NCBI GenBank assembly: GCA_027028625.1
Contig: JALVIH010000052.1
Location: forward strand, 1 to 49,216
From: a bacterium
GTDB taxonomy: Bacteria; Patescibacteriota; Microgenomatia; JAADGY01
Direction of reading: 5' to 3'
Length of the DNA: 49,216 nt
Below are positions 1 through 9,895 of this stretch, piece after piece. Position numbers and translations under genes: made by a program. The notes beneath the pieces are model-generated. The model did not search any database. It was given only the letters and a program-made list of their open reading frames with translations, and had not been told where the DNA came from. Every line of letters starts with the position of its first letter. The first letter of the stretch is position 1.

Positions 1-1
1 G

Positions 2-1357
2 ATGTATAAAGGAAAAAAGGTACTGGTAGTTGGCTTAGGCCGCTTTGGCGGTGGGGTAGGGGTAATTAAATACCTAGCAGCTAAAGGAGCTAAGCTCCGG
101 ATAACTGACCTTAAGGATGAAAAAGAGCTCTCATCCAGCCTGGAAAAAATAAAGAATATTCCGGCTGAGTATGTTCTTGGCCGCCACCGTCTGCAAGACA
201 TTGAATGGGCTGAGGTTATTGTCTTCAACCCTGCCGTCCCTCCCCATTCCTCTTTTTTTCAAGCCGCCCTTAGATCAGGAAAAAAACTAGAAACTGAAAT
301 CAACCTACTTTTTCAAGTTACACCGGCTAAGATTATCGGAGTTAGCGGAACAAATGGTAAAGCTACTGTTAGCGGTTTGATCACAGAGATGCTCCGCCAA
401 AAGTACGGCCGAGAAAAAGTGCTCCTAGGTGGAAATATGGGCATCTCCCTTCTTGATAAAGGAGAAAAGTTGACTACCAATCATATTATCGTTTTAGAGC
501 TCTCCAGCTTTCAGCTTAATCGCCTAGCTTGGACTAAAAAATCACCCTCCGTAAGCATTCTTACCAACATCACCCCTGACCATTTGGAGTGGCATCTGTC
601 TTTTGAAAAATACCAACAAGATAAACTCAACCTCTTCCGCTATCAAACTAAAGATGATTTAGCTATAGTTAACCTTTACGACCCAGTTAGTTCGAAATTG
701 CTCACTAACTGGCCTTTTTCTTCTCGAGCTGTCTACTTAGGCAGCCAAGAAACCAAAATTCTTAACCCAACCACTTTTCTTATCCAAGGGGAAAAATTCT
801 CCCTTCCTGAACACCGACTTATCGGCCAGCACAACTTAATTAATCTCCTCCAAGCCAGCTTAACAGCAAGGCTCTTAGGAGTTAGTTTTTCTCAAATCGC
901 AGCTGGAATTCAGCAGTTCCGACCTCCGGAACACGCCCTAGAATATGTGGCCAAAATTAAAGGAGTAACCTTCATTAATGATTCCGAAGCTAGTAACCAA
1001 GACGCAGCTATTAAAGGATTGCTCTCATTTCCCAAGAAGAAGATAATTCTAATTGCCGGCGGTTATGATAAAGGTGTTGATCTTTCTGAGTTCGCTAAGT
1101 TAATCAATCAACGAGTTAAGTTCACCTTCCTCATCGGCCAAACAGCAGACAAGCTCAGTTCTCTTCTTGAGAGGGAGGATTATCACTACCACAGAAAGAT
1201 TAAAACTCTCGAGGAAGCTGTTAAATTAGCTGCGGAAAAAGCCCAAGAGGGAGATTACGTTCTTCTTTCCCCAGCGGCTTCAAGTTATGATATGTTTAAG
1301 AATTTAGAGGAACGAGGAAGTTTATTCAAAAGATATGTCCATCAACTGGCGAGGTAG
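2..1357 (+). CDS. murD: UDP-N-acetylmuramoylalanine--D-glutamate ligase (MurD)
   Basis: 451-aa ORF with N-terminal Rossmann-like KVLVVGLGRFGG and Mur-ligase P-loop GVSGTNGKAT. Lies directly upstream of ftsW, as in dcw clusters. The ATG is at the window edge. Confidence 0.85.
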   Translation: MYKGKKVLVVGLGRFGGGVGVIKYLAAKGAKLRITDLKDEKELSSSLEKIKNIPAEYVLGRHRLQDIEWAEVIVFNPAVPPHSSFFQAALRSGKKLETEINLLFQVTPAKIIGVSGTNGKATVSGLITEMLRQKYGREKVLLGGNMGISLLDKGEKLTTNHIIVLELSSFQLNRLAWTKKSPSVSILTNITPDHLEWHLSFEKYQQDKLNLFRYQTKDDLAIVNLYDPVSSKLLTNWPFSSRAVYLGSQETKILNPTTFLIQGEKFSLPEHRLIGQHNLINLLQASLTARLLGVSFSQIAAGIQQFRPPEHALEYVAKIKGVTFINDSEASNQDAAIKGLLSFPKKKIILIAGGYDKGVDLSEFAKLINQRVKFTFLIGQTADKLSSLLEREDYHYHRKIKTLEEAVKLAAEKAQEGDYVLLSPAASSYDMFKNLEERGSLFKRYVHQLAR

Positions 1358-2405
1358 ATTAAATCCAACGGCTAACCTCTGGTTCTGGCCTTTAATCTGG
1401 TCAGTCAGTGGCCTTTTTTTTATCTTTGAGTCTTCTGTCATTACTGCTAGCCGCCGTTTTGCTAACCCTTATTTTTACCTCCGCCAACAGCTCATCTGGT
1501 TTATTATCTCCTTAATTACTTATTTAATAGTCAAAAAAATAAACTGGGCTTTCTGGGAAAAAGTAGCCTTCCCTTTATTTTTCTTTAATCTTTTTCTCTT
1601 GGTTCTGGTTTTTATCCCCCCATTTGGCGTTAAGATCGGTGGAGCCCACCGTTGGCTTAATCTAGGAATAACCACTTTCCAGCCTTCAGAACTCCTTAAG
1701 TTAAGTTCTCTTCTTTATTTAAGTACTTGGCTATCCCTCAAACCACGGTCTTTTAGCCAGTTTTTCTTCTTTATCTCCATCATTTCCGGCCTTTTAATTC
1801 TTGAACCTGATATGGGGACCCTAATCCTCATCGTAACCACTCTTTCTCTAGTTTTCTTTATTTACAAACCAGAACTAAAACCTTTCCTTAAATTTTCTCT
1901 CTTTCTCACTCTTATTAGTCTTCTCCTTATTATTACCAGTCCTTATCGCCGCCAAAGGCTAATGACTCTCCTAAAACCCTATCAGGACAAGTTAGGTAGC
2001 TCTTACCAACTTAACCAAATAATCATCGCCTTAGGGAGAGGGGGTCTTTGGGGACAAGGTCTGGGAGGCTCGAAACAACGTTACTTTTTTCTTCCCGCTT
2101 CCCATACCGACGCCATCTTTGCCGTCATCGGTGAAGAAACAGGTTTCCTCGGCAGCAGTCTTCTTCTTTTCAGCTACCTTCTCTTTCTTGGCCAGCTTTT
2201 AAGGGCAGCAACTGCCAAGCCGCTAGGGAGTAAAAGGCTATTTCTAATCGGCGTTGGAATCCTTATTGCTCTTCAAGCCATCATTAATATAGGGGGAATG
2301 ATAGCCCTTTTACCCTTAACCGGGATTACTCTCCCTTTTATTTCCTACGGTGGATCTTCTCTTTTTACCCTTTGGCTCCTAATAGCTCTGGCCAGCAGCC
2401 CTTAA
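1335..2405 (+). CDS. ftsW: SEDS-family cell-division protein FtsW (peptidoglycan glycosyltransferase type)
   Basis: 356-aa polytopic membrane ORF with SEDS motifs GAHRWLNLG..FQPSE, EPDMGT, SHTDAIFAVIGEE and LPFISYGGSS. Overlaps the murD 3' end by 23 nt. Confidence 0.85.
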   Translation: MSINWRGRLNPTANLWFWPLIWSVSGLFFIFESSVITASRRFANPYFYLRQQLIWFIISLITYLIVKKINWAFWEKVAFPLFFFNLFLLVLVFIPPFGVKIGGAHRWLNLGITTFQPSELLKLSSLLYLSTWLSLKPRSFSQFFFFISIISGLLILEPDMGTLILIVTTLSLVFFIYKPELKPFLKFSLFLTLISLLLIITSPYRRQRLMTLLKPYQDKLGSSYQLNQIIIALGRGGLWGQGLGGSKQRYFFLPASHTDAIFAVIGEETGFLGSSLLLFSYLLFLGQLLRAATAKPLGSKRLFLIGVGILIALQAIINIGGMIALLPLTGITLPFISYGGSSLFTLWLLIALASSP

Positions 2406-2409
2406 AAAA

Positions 2410-3225
2410 TCAACGCCAACTAACAAGCTTTTCTCCCCGCCAGTCCAACAAGAGAGGGTAGGGTTGAGATAAGGAATCTAAAAATTGGCGAAAAGAAGAA
2501 GGCTGGGGAAAGCTATTTTTGGCTAGAAGATAAACAATCTTTCTTTGTCCGTCATTTACTAAGACATTATTTCCTAAAATGAAGACTTTATAGGTTGAGC
2601 TAAAATTAGGATCAAACTCCTTCAACCAATTAAACACTTCCCAAGCTAGTTGGTACTCATTCTCTCCCAAGCTGTAAGAACTAAAAACAACAGTTGACTG
2701 ACCAACCCTTAATACTCGAGGAATACTCACTAACTTATTTTGAGAAAGATCAAAGATCAAAAGATAGGGCCGTTTTAGTTTTAGGTGTTGCCAAGCTTGA
2801 CGGTTAAGTTGATACCAGTCAGCCAGAACTCGGGGCTGGCGATATTTTAGATCAACCAGATAAAAATAGGCCTTGTTATTCAAGAAACGGCAGCTCACTT
2901 CTAAAGTAGAAGGAAATTGCTTTTTTATTGAGACCACTTGCCACAGATAAAGAGGTTTAACTATCTTTTCCACCTCTGGGCGGCTGACAAAAAGGAGAGG
3001 AGAATCCTTTAAACTAGACTCAATCAACTCAGCCATAAATTTAGTTTTATCTTCACTTATTCCTTGGCACTCCACCTTCTTTACTTTCCAGCTATTCAGA
3101 ACCAAACCAAGAGCTGCAAAAAGAAGAAAAAAGAGAAAAAGAATCTTTAAATTAACTAACCAGCTCAGCAACCGCCGCCGGCTTTTGGAAACCCCAGTCG
3201 AAAAAGATTTAAAAAAAATCTTCAT
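2410..3225 (-). CDS. ftsQ: FtsQ/DivIB-like cell-division protein (N-terminal TM plus POTRA-like region)
   Basis: 271 aa with a basic N-terminus and one TM helix (ILFLFFLLFAALGLVL). This is followed by a POTRA-like stretch, VKKVECQGISEDKTKFMAELIE...QFPSTLEVSCRF. 4-nt overlap with murG upstream. Assigned by architecture and context only. Confidence 0.55.
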   Translation of the reverse strand: MKIFFKSFSTGVSKSRRRLLSWLVNLKILFLFFLLFAALGLVLNSWKVKKVECQGISEDKTKFMAELIESSLKDSPLLFVSRPEVEKIVKPLYLWQVVSIKKQFPSTLEVSCRFLNNKAYFYLVDLKYRQPRVLADWYQLNRQAWQHLKLKRPYLLIFDLSQNKLVSIPRVLRVGQSTVVFSSYSLGENEYQLAWEVFNWLKEFDPNFSSTYKVFILGNNVLVNDGQRKIVYLLAKNSFPQPSSFRQFLDSLSQPYPLLLDWRGEKLVSWR

Positions 3226-4331
3226 TTTTTAAGATAGGGCTTTAATTGTTCTATTATCCTCTTTTGAGCATCTAAAATGAGGGGGTATCTTTTAAGATCT
3301 CTCTTTTCCCCTTGATGCAAGAAGGTTTCTAACTCTTTTTTAAATTTCCCTCCGTCTATCTCATCTTCATCTAAAAGACGGGCGACACCTATCTCAACCA
3401 AGAAGCGAGCATTCTCTACCTGCTCATTTCGAGGGACAAACTTGGCCGGAATAACTAAGGCCGGCTTAGCCAACAAGGCTAACTCATAGCTGGTGTGAGC
3501 TCCACTGCGGCTAACAATAAGATCAGCTTGTGCATAAGCCGAAGCCATTACCTCGTCATCAAGATAAGGGTAAACTAAGTATTCAGTGGGGTACTTCTTA
3601 TTTTTAATCAGCCGCTCCCTTAGTTGAGAAAAAAAACGGTAATCGCCGGTCTTTTCAGTTCTACCAGTTTGGTGAACAAGGTTGAAGTGAGAAAGAATAA
3701 AATCTAAATTATCTCTAATGAGGAGATTAATAAAGTGAGAACCTTGCTTACCAGCAGTAACTAAAAGGGTAGGGTAAGTGGTCTTCTTGATAAGAGGAGG
3801 AAATTTTCTTTTTTCCTGAATAAGATCTAAAAAAGCCGGCCGCAGGGGTAGGCCGGTATAAACTGTTTTTTTAGGATTGTAAGGATAATTAGTCGGCCAG
3901 CTGACAAAAATTTTCTTAGCTAAAAACGACAGCCAATAATTTGCCCGACCAGCAATTCGAGTTTGCTCATGAATAAAGAAAGGTACTCTATCAAAAAAAG
4001 AAGCTAGGGCGGGCAAAACCATTAAATAACCTCCAAAACCCAAAAGAAGGTCTATTTTTTCCTTTCGCCACTGATGATAAAATGGCAACCAGGCTTTAAT
4101 GAGGCGGGCCCCATAAACAAAAGGACTCAGATGAAAAAAACGAGGAACCTGAAGGGGGATAAACTTTATACCAGCAGCAGTAACTTGGCGATACTCCTCA
4201 GAATCTGTTTTGTCCCCAGTCATCGAGTGGCGATGGCCGAACCAGACTATGGTATGCCCTTGGCGTTGAAGTTCTTTAGCCACCACCAATGCTCCAGTGT
4301 GATGTCCGCCGGTAAAACCAATCCGTGCCAT
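3222..4331 (-). CDS. murG: Undecaprenyl-PP-MurNAc-pentapeptide GlcNAc transferase (MurG)
   Basis: 369 aa with GT28-like layout: N-terminal glycine loop FTGGHHTGAL and C-terminal SRSGAHTSYELALLAKPALVIP. Lies within the dcw neighbourhood. Confidence 0.85.
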   Translation of the reverse strand: MARIGFTGGHHTGALVVAKELQRQGHTIVWFGHRHSMTGDKTDSEEYRQVTAAGIKFIPLQVPRFFHLSPFVYGARLIKAWLPFYHQWRKEKIDLLLGFGGYLMVLPALASFFDRVPFFIHEQTRIAGRANYWLSFLAKKIFVSWPTNYPYNPKKTVYTGLPLRPAFLDLIQEKRKFPPLIKKTTYPTLLVTAGKQGSHFINLLIRDNLDFILSHFNLVHQTGRTEKTGDYRFFSQLRERLIKNKKYPTEYLVYPYLDDEVMASAYAQADLIVSRSGAHTSYELALLAKPALVIPAKFVPRNEQVENARFLVEIGVARLLDEDEIDGGKFKKELETFLHQGEKRDLKRYPLILDAQKRIIEQLKPYLKK

Positions 4332-4534
4332 AACTCATTATAAAGGAATTGGAACTTAGAGCTTGGAACTCGGATCTCAGTTTGTTAATGAGTCATTCTG
4401 AGTGTTAACGAAAAAACTAGTGCAACGTTCTTATCTGAGATTTGGTCATTGGAAATTTTTTGTACCTTGGAATTTGATAATTGTAATTTTCTAACCTAGT
4501 TCCTAGTTCCAATTCCCTAGTTCCATCATCCTCT

Positions 4535-4562
4535 TTGACAATTCCACGCCTAACTTTATAAT
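4535..4562 (+). promoter_or_regulatory. Sigma70-type promoter of ftsA (TTGACA-16-TATAAT) ending 6 nt before the ATG
   Basis: TTGACA at 4535-4540, 16-nt spacer, TATAAT at 4557-4562, then AAAAAT and ATG at 4569. There is no room for a Shine-Dalgarno site. Confidence 0.6.
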
Positions 4563-4568
4563 AAAAAT

Positions 4569-5870
4569 ATGGCTTACCAACACTACCTGGGAGCAATTGA
4601 TATCGGCTCCTCAAAAATAGCGGTTCTTATCGGCCAAACTAACGAAAGTTTTCCTGATCCTGAAGAGCCAATCCGCATTGTAGGAGCTGCTAAAGTAGCT
4701 AGTCAAGGAATCAAAAAGGGGCAGATAATCAACATTGAGGCTGCGGTCAACTCTATTATCCAAGCCTGGGAAGCAGCCGAAAGGATGGCTGGTTCAACCC
4801 TTAATTCAGTAACCGTAAACATCAACGGAACTCATATTGGTTCGCTTAACTCAAAAGGGGTGGTCGCTGTCTATCAACCTGAAGTAGAGATAACCAATCA
4901 GGATGTTGATCGGGTAATCGAAGCTGCTCGAGCTGTTTCTCTTCCCTCTTCTCAACAAATCATCCATGTTTGGCCAAGATTTTATACCATCGACAACCAA
5001 GAAGGAATTAAAGACCCCATTGGAATGAGCGGAGTTAGGTTAGAGGTAGATACTCATATTATCACCGCTTCTTCTACCGCCATCCGCAATCTAAGCAAAA
5101 GCATCCAAGATGCTGGTCTGGACGTCGATCAGATAGTCTTTTCCGGTTTAGCTTCTTCCTTAGCTGTTCTTAGCCCAACCGAAAAGGAGCTGGGAGTTGT
5201 TTTAGCTGACATTGGCGCTGACACTACCAACATCTGTATCTATGTGGAAGGGGCTATCTCCTACTCAGCGGTTATCCCTGTTGGCAGCCGACATATAACT
5301 AAAGACCTGGCTGCTGGTCTGAGGATAAGCTTAGAAGATGCCGAAAAACTTAAAATCTTCCTCAGTCAACTTTATATGAAACATCCCCAAAAAGAGAAGA
5401 GGGTAAAACTAGACCAAGAAATCGATGTCAGTAAACTTCACATCGAAGGTTTGAACCACCTTTCTTATAAGGGGGTAGTAAACGGGATTATTCAACCTCG
5501 TTTGGAGGAGATCTTCGAACTCATTCTCAGTAAAACTAAAGAAAGTGGTTTCATTGAAGACATCTCTGGTGGCTTAGTCATTACCGGCGGCGGGAGCCAA
5601 ACCATAGAGGTAGACAGAGTAGGAAAAAGAGTAACTGGCTGGAGTATAAAGAGAGCTAAACCTATCGGCATCAGTGGCCTTATTGACGATGTCCAGGAAC
5701 CAGAGTTTGCTACTGCAGTCGGGCTGCTCCGCTTTGCCCTTAACTCCAATCAGGAAAAAGGTGGCGAGTTGGGCTTAGACCTTAACTTCAACCGTTTCAT
5801 ACCTAATAAACTTAATCTTGGTCAAGCATCTCATAAACTTATTGAGTTGTTAAAAGGACTTTTACCATAG
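4569..5870 (+). CDS. ftsA: Cell-division protein FtsA (actin-like ATPase)
   Basis: 433 aa with N-terminal phosphate-1 motif GAIDIGSSKIAV and later DIGADTTN and ITGGGSQ motifs. Immediately upstream of ftsZ. Confidence 0.9.
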   Translation: MAYQHYLGAIDIGSSKIAVLIGQTNESFPDPEEPIRIVGAAKVASQGIKKGQIINIEAAVNSIIQAWEAAERMAGSTLNSVTVNINGTHIGSLNSKGVVAVYQPEVEITNQDVDRVIEAARAVSLPSSQQIIHVWPRFYTIDNQEGIKDPIGMSGVRLEVDTHIITASSTAIRNLSKSIQDAGLDVDQIVFSGLASSLAVLSPTEKELGVVLADIGADTTNICIYVEGAISYSAVIPVGSRHITKDLAAGLRISLEDAEKLKIFLSQLYMKHPQKEKRVKLDQEIDVSKLHIEGLNHLSYKGVVNGIIQPRLEEIFELILSKTKESGFIEDISGGLVITGGGSQTIEVDRVGKRVTGWSIKRAKPIGISGLIDDVQEPEFATAVGLLRFALNSNQEKGGELGLDLNFNRFIPNKLNLGQASHKLIELLKGLLP

Positions 5871-5926
5871 TACAATATAAAATAACTTTCTATGAATTTT
5901 ATAAACTTTTTAACCTTTAATTAACT

Positions 5927-6997
5927 ATGGCTCTAGTTAAACCAGCAGCAACCAGATTAGCCAAGATAAAAGTCATCGGAGTAGGCGGAGGTGGTGGGAA
6001 CGCTGTCAACAACATGGTTAAAGAAGAAAATATTGAGAGTGTTGATTTTGTGGCCGTCAATACAGATGCTCAAGCTCTACTTAACTCTCAAGCTCCGATT
6101 AAGGTTCAAATAGGTGAAGAACTAACTCGTGGCCTAGGCTCGGGAGCTAATCCCGAGATTGGAGCTAAAGCAGCTGAAGAGTCAAGAGATAAGATTCAGG
6201 ACATCGTTAGCAATACTGATATGGTTTTTATCACCGCTGGATTAGGAGGAGGAACCGGAACGGGAGCAGCCCCTATTATTGCTGAGGAAGCCAAAAAGGC
6301 AGGAGCTTTAACGGTGGCTATCGTTACTAAACCTTTTCTTTTTGAGGGCAGCCAACGAATGAGTGTCGCTCAAGAAGGAGCTGAATTACTAGCCGAAAAA
6401 GTAGATACTTTAATTACCATCCCTAATCAAAGGCTTCTGGAAACCGCTTCCAAAAACCTTACTTTTTTAGAGGCCTTCCGCTTGGCTGACTCGGTTCTCA
6501 CTCAAGGAGTTAAAGCTATCTCTGACCTCATAACCACACCAGGTTTGATTAATGTTGACTTCGCTGATGTCAAGACAATAATGACCAATGCTGGTTCGGC
6601 TCTGATGGGAGTAGGAACTGCTTCCGGGGAAGAACGTGCCATAAAAGCAGCCAAGATGGCTATCTCTTCACCGCTGCTAGAAGTATCCATCCAAGGAGCT
6701 AAGGGCATACTTTTCAATATCATCGGCCCAGAGGACTTAACGATGGAAGAGGTTTCTCAAGCTGCCCAGCTTATCTCTGAAACAGCAACGAAGGATGCCA
6801 ACATTATCTTCGGCGCCCGCATCGATCCTAACTTAATGGATAAAATTCAGATCAGCGTTATCGCCACTGGTTTTAACAATAGGCTTAACCGCCACAAAAC
6901 AGTCCAAAAAACACCTTCTCTTCCAGCAACTGGTTCTCCTGAGGAAGAACTGGAGGACGAGTTCGACATCCCTGCTTTTATGAGAAAAATCAAGTAA
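5927..6997 (+). CDS. ftsZ: Cell-division GTPase FtsZ
   Basis: 356 aa with tubulin signature [10 protein letters not shown] plus [11 protein letters not shown] and NTDAQAL. Acidic C-terminal peptide DIPAFMRK. Confidence 0.97.
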   Translation: MALVKPAATRLAKIKVIGVGGGGGNAVNNMVKEENIESVDFVAVNTDAQALLNSQAPIKVQIGEELTRGLGSGANPEIGAKAAEESRDKIQDIVSNTDMVFITAGLGGGTGTGAAPIIAEEAKKAGALTVAIVTKPFLFEGSQRMSVAQEGAELLAEKVDTLITIPNQRLLETASKNLTFLEAFRLADSVLTQGVKAISDLITTPGLINVDFADVKTIMTNAGSALMGVGTASGEERAIKAAKMAISSPLLEVSIQGAKGILFNIIGPEDLTMEEVSQAAQLISETATKDANIIFGARIDPNLMDKIQISVIATGFNNRLNRHKTVQKTPSLPATGSPEEELEDEFDIPAFMRKIK

Positions 6998-7042
6998 TAC
7001 TCTTCAAAATATACCTTTTGGTTCGAGGTCGAAGACAAAATT

Positions 7043-7071
7043 TTGACTTTAACAGCTCTTCTCCTTATAAT
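7043..7071 (+). promoter_or_regulatory. Sigma70-type promoter of ileS (TTGACT-17-TATAAT) ending 6 nt before the ATG
   Basis: TTGACT at 7043-7048, 17-nt spacer, TATAAT at 7066-7071, TTTCAT, then ATG at 7078. It lies inside the longer tracked ORF (7018), which argues for the 7078 start. Confidence 0.6.
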
Positions 7072-7077
7072 TTTCAT

Positions 7078-9894
7078 ATGACAAAAAAGAGTAATAATTT
7101 ACCAGCCAGGCCGAACTTAAACGAGCTAGAAGAGGAAGTTCTTCATTTTTGGCAAAAAGATAATACTTTTCAAAAAAGTATTAACCAACGGCCAGCCAGT
7201 AAAGAGTACGTCTTTTACGATGGTCCTCCTTTCGCCACTGGCTTGCCCCATTATGGCCACCTAGTTCAGAGCACTATAAAGGATATTGTCCCTCGTTATT
7301 GGACGATGCGAGGCTATCGGGTGGAACGCCGTTTTGGTTGGGACTGCCACGGGTTGCCAGTAGAGTACGAGCTGGAAAAAGAAAAAGGAATCAAAAACCG
7401 TCAAGATATCCTAAAATGGGGTATCGACAATTTTAATGAGGCCTGCCGCTCCATCGTTACCCGCTACGTTAATGAATGGCAAAAAATTATTCCTCGCCTT
7501 GGCCGCTGGGTCGACTTTAAAAATGACTACCGGACTATGGACCCCGACTATATGGAGTCAATCTGGTGGGTTTTCAAACAACTTTACCAGAAAGGGTTAA
7601 TCTATGAGGGCCACCGCCCAGCCCATATCTGTCCTCGCTGTGCTACTCCCTTGTCCAACTTTGAGGTCTCTCTGGGGTACGAAGACAAAACCGATATCTC
7701 AGTTTTCGTTAAATTTCCCCTTAGAGAAGGGAAAAACACCTACTTCATCGCCTGGACCACTACTCCTTGGACACTGCCAGCCAATATGCTCCTGGCCATA
7801 GACGAAAAAAACACTTACGTTAAGGTAAAAGTCGGAGATGAATTTTACATCTTAGCCAAAGAAAGGGTTGAGAAAGTTCTTAAAGATAAAAAGTATCAGC
7901 TTGTTGAAACCTACAAAGGGAAAGAATTAATTAACCAGCCTTATCAACCTCTCTATCAACCTAAAAACTTCCAACCAACTAACAAGGCCTACCGGGTGGT
8001 AGGGGCTGAGTTCGTTGATTTGGAAGAGGGGAGTGGAATTGTCCATGTTGCCCCTGCTTTTGGTGAGGATGATTTTTACCTTGGCCAGTCTCTGGGTTTG
8101 CCTCTTCTCCAACACATAACTATTACTGGAGAAGTCAAAGATCAACTCTTTCCTCAATGGAAAGGGTTAGATGTCTTTACTCTCAACCAAAAAGTAGTTG
8201 ATGACCTTGAAAAGCGTCAGCTACTTTTAGAAAAGGAAGAAATAACTCACTCTTATCCTCATTGTTGGCGGTGTGATACTCCTCTTCTTAACTACGCTAC
8301 TAAATCTTGGTTTGTTAAGGTGACAGCTATTAAAGATCTCTTAATCAAGAATAATCAGAAAATCCACTGGGTGCCCGGCCATATTAAGAATGGACGATTC
8401 GGCAAGTGGTTGGAAAATGTCCGCGACTGGGCCATTTCTCGCAATCGTTTCTGGGGAACTCCTTTACCAGTTTGGCGGGGAGAGAAAACCGGCAAAGTAG
8501 TGGTTATCGGCTCTCGCCAAGAACTAGAAGAACTTTCCGGACAAAAGGTAACCGACCTTCATCTGCATAAAATAAAAGATATCAGTTGGAAAGATAAGGA
8601 AACTGGAGAAAAAATGCACTTAATCGGTGATGTTCTCGATTGCTGGTTTGAGTCCGGCTCAATGCCTTACGCTTCTTTCCATTACCCCTTCGAGAATAAA
8701 AAGCGCTTCGAGAACCACTTTCCCGCCGATTTTATTGGTGAGGCCATTGACCAAACCCGAGGTTGGTTCTATACCCTTCATGTCCTAGCCAACGCTCTCT
8801 TCAAACGGCCAGCTTTTAAAAACTGTGTCACTACCGGGGTAGTCCTGGCCGCCGACGGCCAAAAAATGAGCAAATCAAAGAAAAATTACCCTGATCCAAT
8901 GAAAACCGTTCGCCACTATGGAGCTGATGCTCTCCGCTTTTACCTAGTAAATTCTCCTGTTGTCCGAGGCAAAGATCTCCGCTTTAATGAGAAAGATCTA
9001 ACCGAAATAAAAGAACGCCTCATCATTACCTACTGGAACAGCTTCAAGTACTATGTTACTTATGCTCATCTTCACCACTTTACTCCTTCAGCTAAACCTC
9101 CAGAATATAGCCAACTCTCCCTAATGAATCGCTGGATACTCAGCCGCTTGTATCAGTTCCAAAAGGAAGTTGACCAAGCAATGGAGGAGTACAAGCTTTA
9201 CCGAGCTACTCGGGCTATCCTTGAGTTCACTACCGACCTTTCCCAATGGTACATCCGTCGTATCCGAGACAATGTAGCTATCTGGCAAAAAGACAAAGAA
9301 CTGGTCCAACAAACTCTAGACACTCTTTACTGGACTTTGGTCCTTTACAGCCAGATAGTTGCTCCTTTTATTCCTTTCACCAGTGAGTTTGTTTACCAAT
9401 ATCTAACTAAAGAGGAATCAGTTCATTTAACTGACTGGCCAAAGCTTGATCCCCATTGGTCCCATCCTACTCTCCTCAAAGAAATGCAAACTATACGTCA
9501 GGTGGTTTCCCTCGGCCACAGCCAACGAAAGGAGAAGGGTATAAAAGTAAGACAACCTCTAGCCAAAGTCGAGGTAACCCTTCCTTTTAAGTTAAACGAG
9601 GAAAGCAAAAAGGTAATAGCCGCTGAGCTAAATGTTCTGGAAGTGATAAGTAAACAGGGGAAAAAGATTGAGGCAAAGTTAGACACCAAAATTACTCCTC
9701 AACTGGCCAAGGCTGGCCAAGCCAGAGACCTTATTCGTCAGATACAAAACCAACGGCGAAAACTCCATCTTCAGCCAACTGACAGAATAAAAGTATTCCT
9801 ACCAGAATGGCCAGCCGAGTATGAAGAGGAAATAAAGGAAAAAACTCTCGCCGACTCTCTTTCACAGGGAGAGTTTAAGGTAGAATTAAGCTAG
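7078..9894 (+). CDS. ileS: Isoleucyl-tRNA synthetase (type 2 / eukaryote-like N-terminus)
   Basis: Class I motifs PPFATGLPHYGHL (HIGH type) and KMSKSKKN (KMSKS), with WDCHGLP and a CP1 editing insert. Start placed at ATG 7078 (MTKKSNNLPARPN...). Confidence 0.93.
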   Translation: MTKKSNNLPARPNLNELEEEVLHFWQKDNTFQKSINQRPASKEYVFYDGPPFATGLPHYGHLVQSTIKDIVPRYWTMRGYRVERRFGWDCHGLPVEYELEKEKGIKNRQDILKWGIDNFNEACRSIVTRYVNEWQKIIPRLGRWVDFKNDYRTMDPDYMESIWWVFKQLYQKGLIYEGHRPAHICPRCATPLSNFEVSLGYEDKTDISVFVKFPLREGKNTYFIAWTTTPWTLPANMLLAIDEKNTYVKVKVGDEFYILAKERVEKVLKDKKYQLVETYKGKELINQPYQPLYQPKNFQPTNKAYRVVGAEFVDLEEGSGIVHVAPAFGEDDFYLGQSLGLPLLQHITITGEVKDQLFPQWKGLDVFTLNQKVVDDLEKRQLLLEKEEITHSYPHCWRCDTPLLNYATKSWFVKVTAIKDLLIKNNQKIHWVPGHIKNGRFGKWLENVRDWAISRNRFWGTPLPVWRGEKTGKVVVIGSRQELEELSGQKVTDLHLHKIKDISWKDKETGEKMHLIGDVLDCWFESGSMPYASFHYPFENKKRFENHFPADFIGEAIDQTRGWFYTLHVLANALFKRPAFKNCVTTGVVLAADGQKMSKSKKNYPDPMKTVRHYGADALRFYLVNSPVVRGKDLRFNEKDLTEIKERLIITYWNSFKYYVTYAHLHHFTPSAKPPEYSQLSLMNRWILSRLYQFQKEVDQAMEEYKLYRATRAILEFTTDLSQWYIRRIRDNVAIWQKDKELVQQTLDTLYWTLVLYSQIVAPFIPFTSEFVYQYLTKEESVHLTDWPKLDPHWSHPTLLKEMQTIRQVVSLGHSQRKEKGIKVRQPLAKVEVTLPFKLNEESKKVIAAELNVLEVISKQGKKIEAKLDTKITPQLAKAGQARDLIRQIQNQRRKLHLQPTDRIKVFLPEWPAEYEEEIKEKTLADSLSQGEFKVELS

Positions 9895-9895
9895 G

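Noticed and set aside
4417-4614. 65-aa minus-strand ORF between murG and ftsA
   Set aside because: It spans the repeat words and the ftsA promoter and overlaps the ftsA start. No start signals. Likely a chance ORF in repeat DNA.
7018-7077. Longer ileS start from the ORF track (7018, non-ATG)
   Set aside because: The extra 20 codons contain a consensus TTGACT-17-TATAAT promoter and lack IleRS-like sequence. ATG 7078 follows the -10 box by 6 nt.
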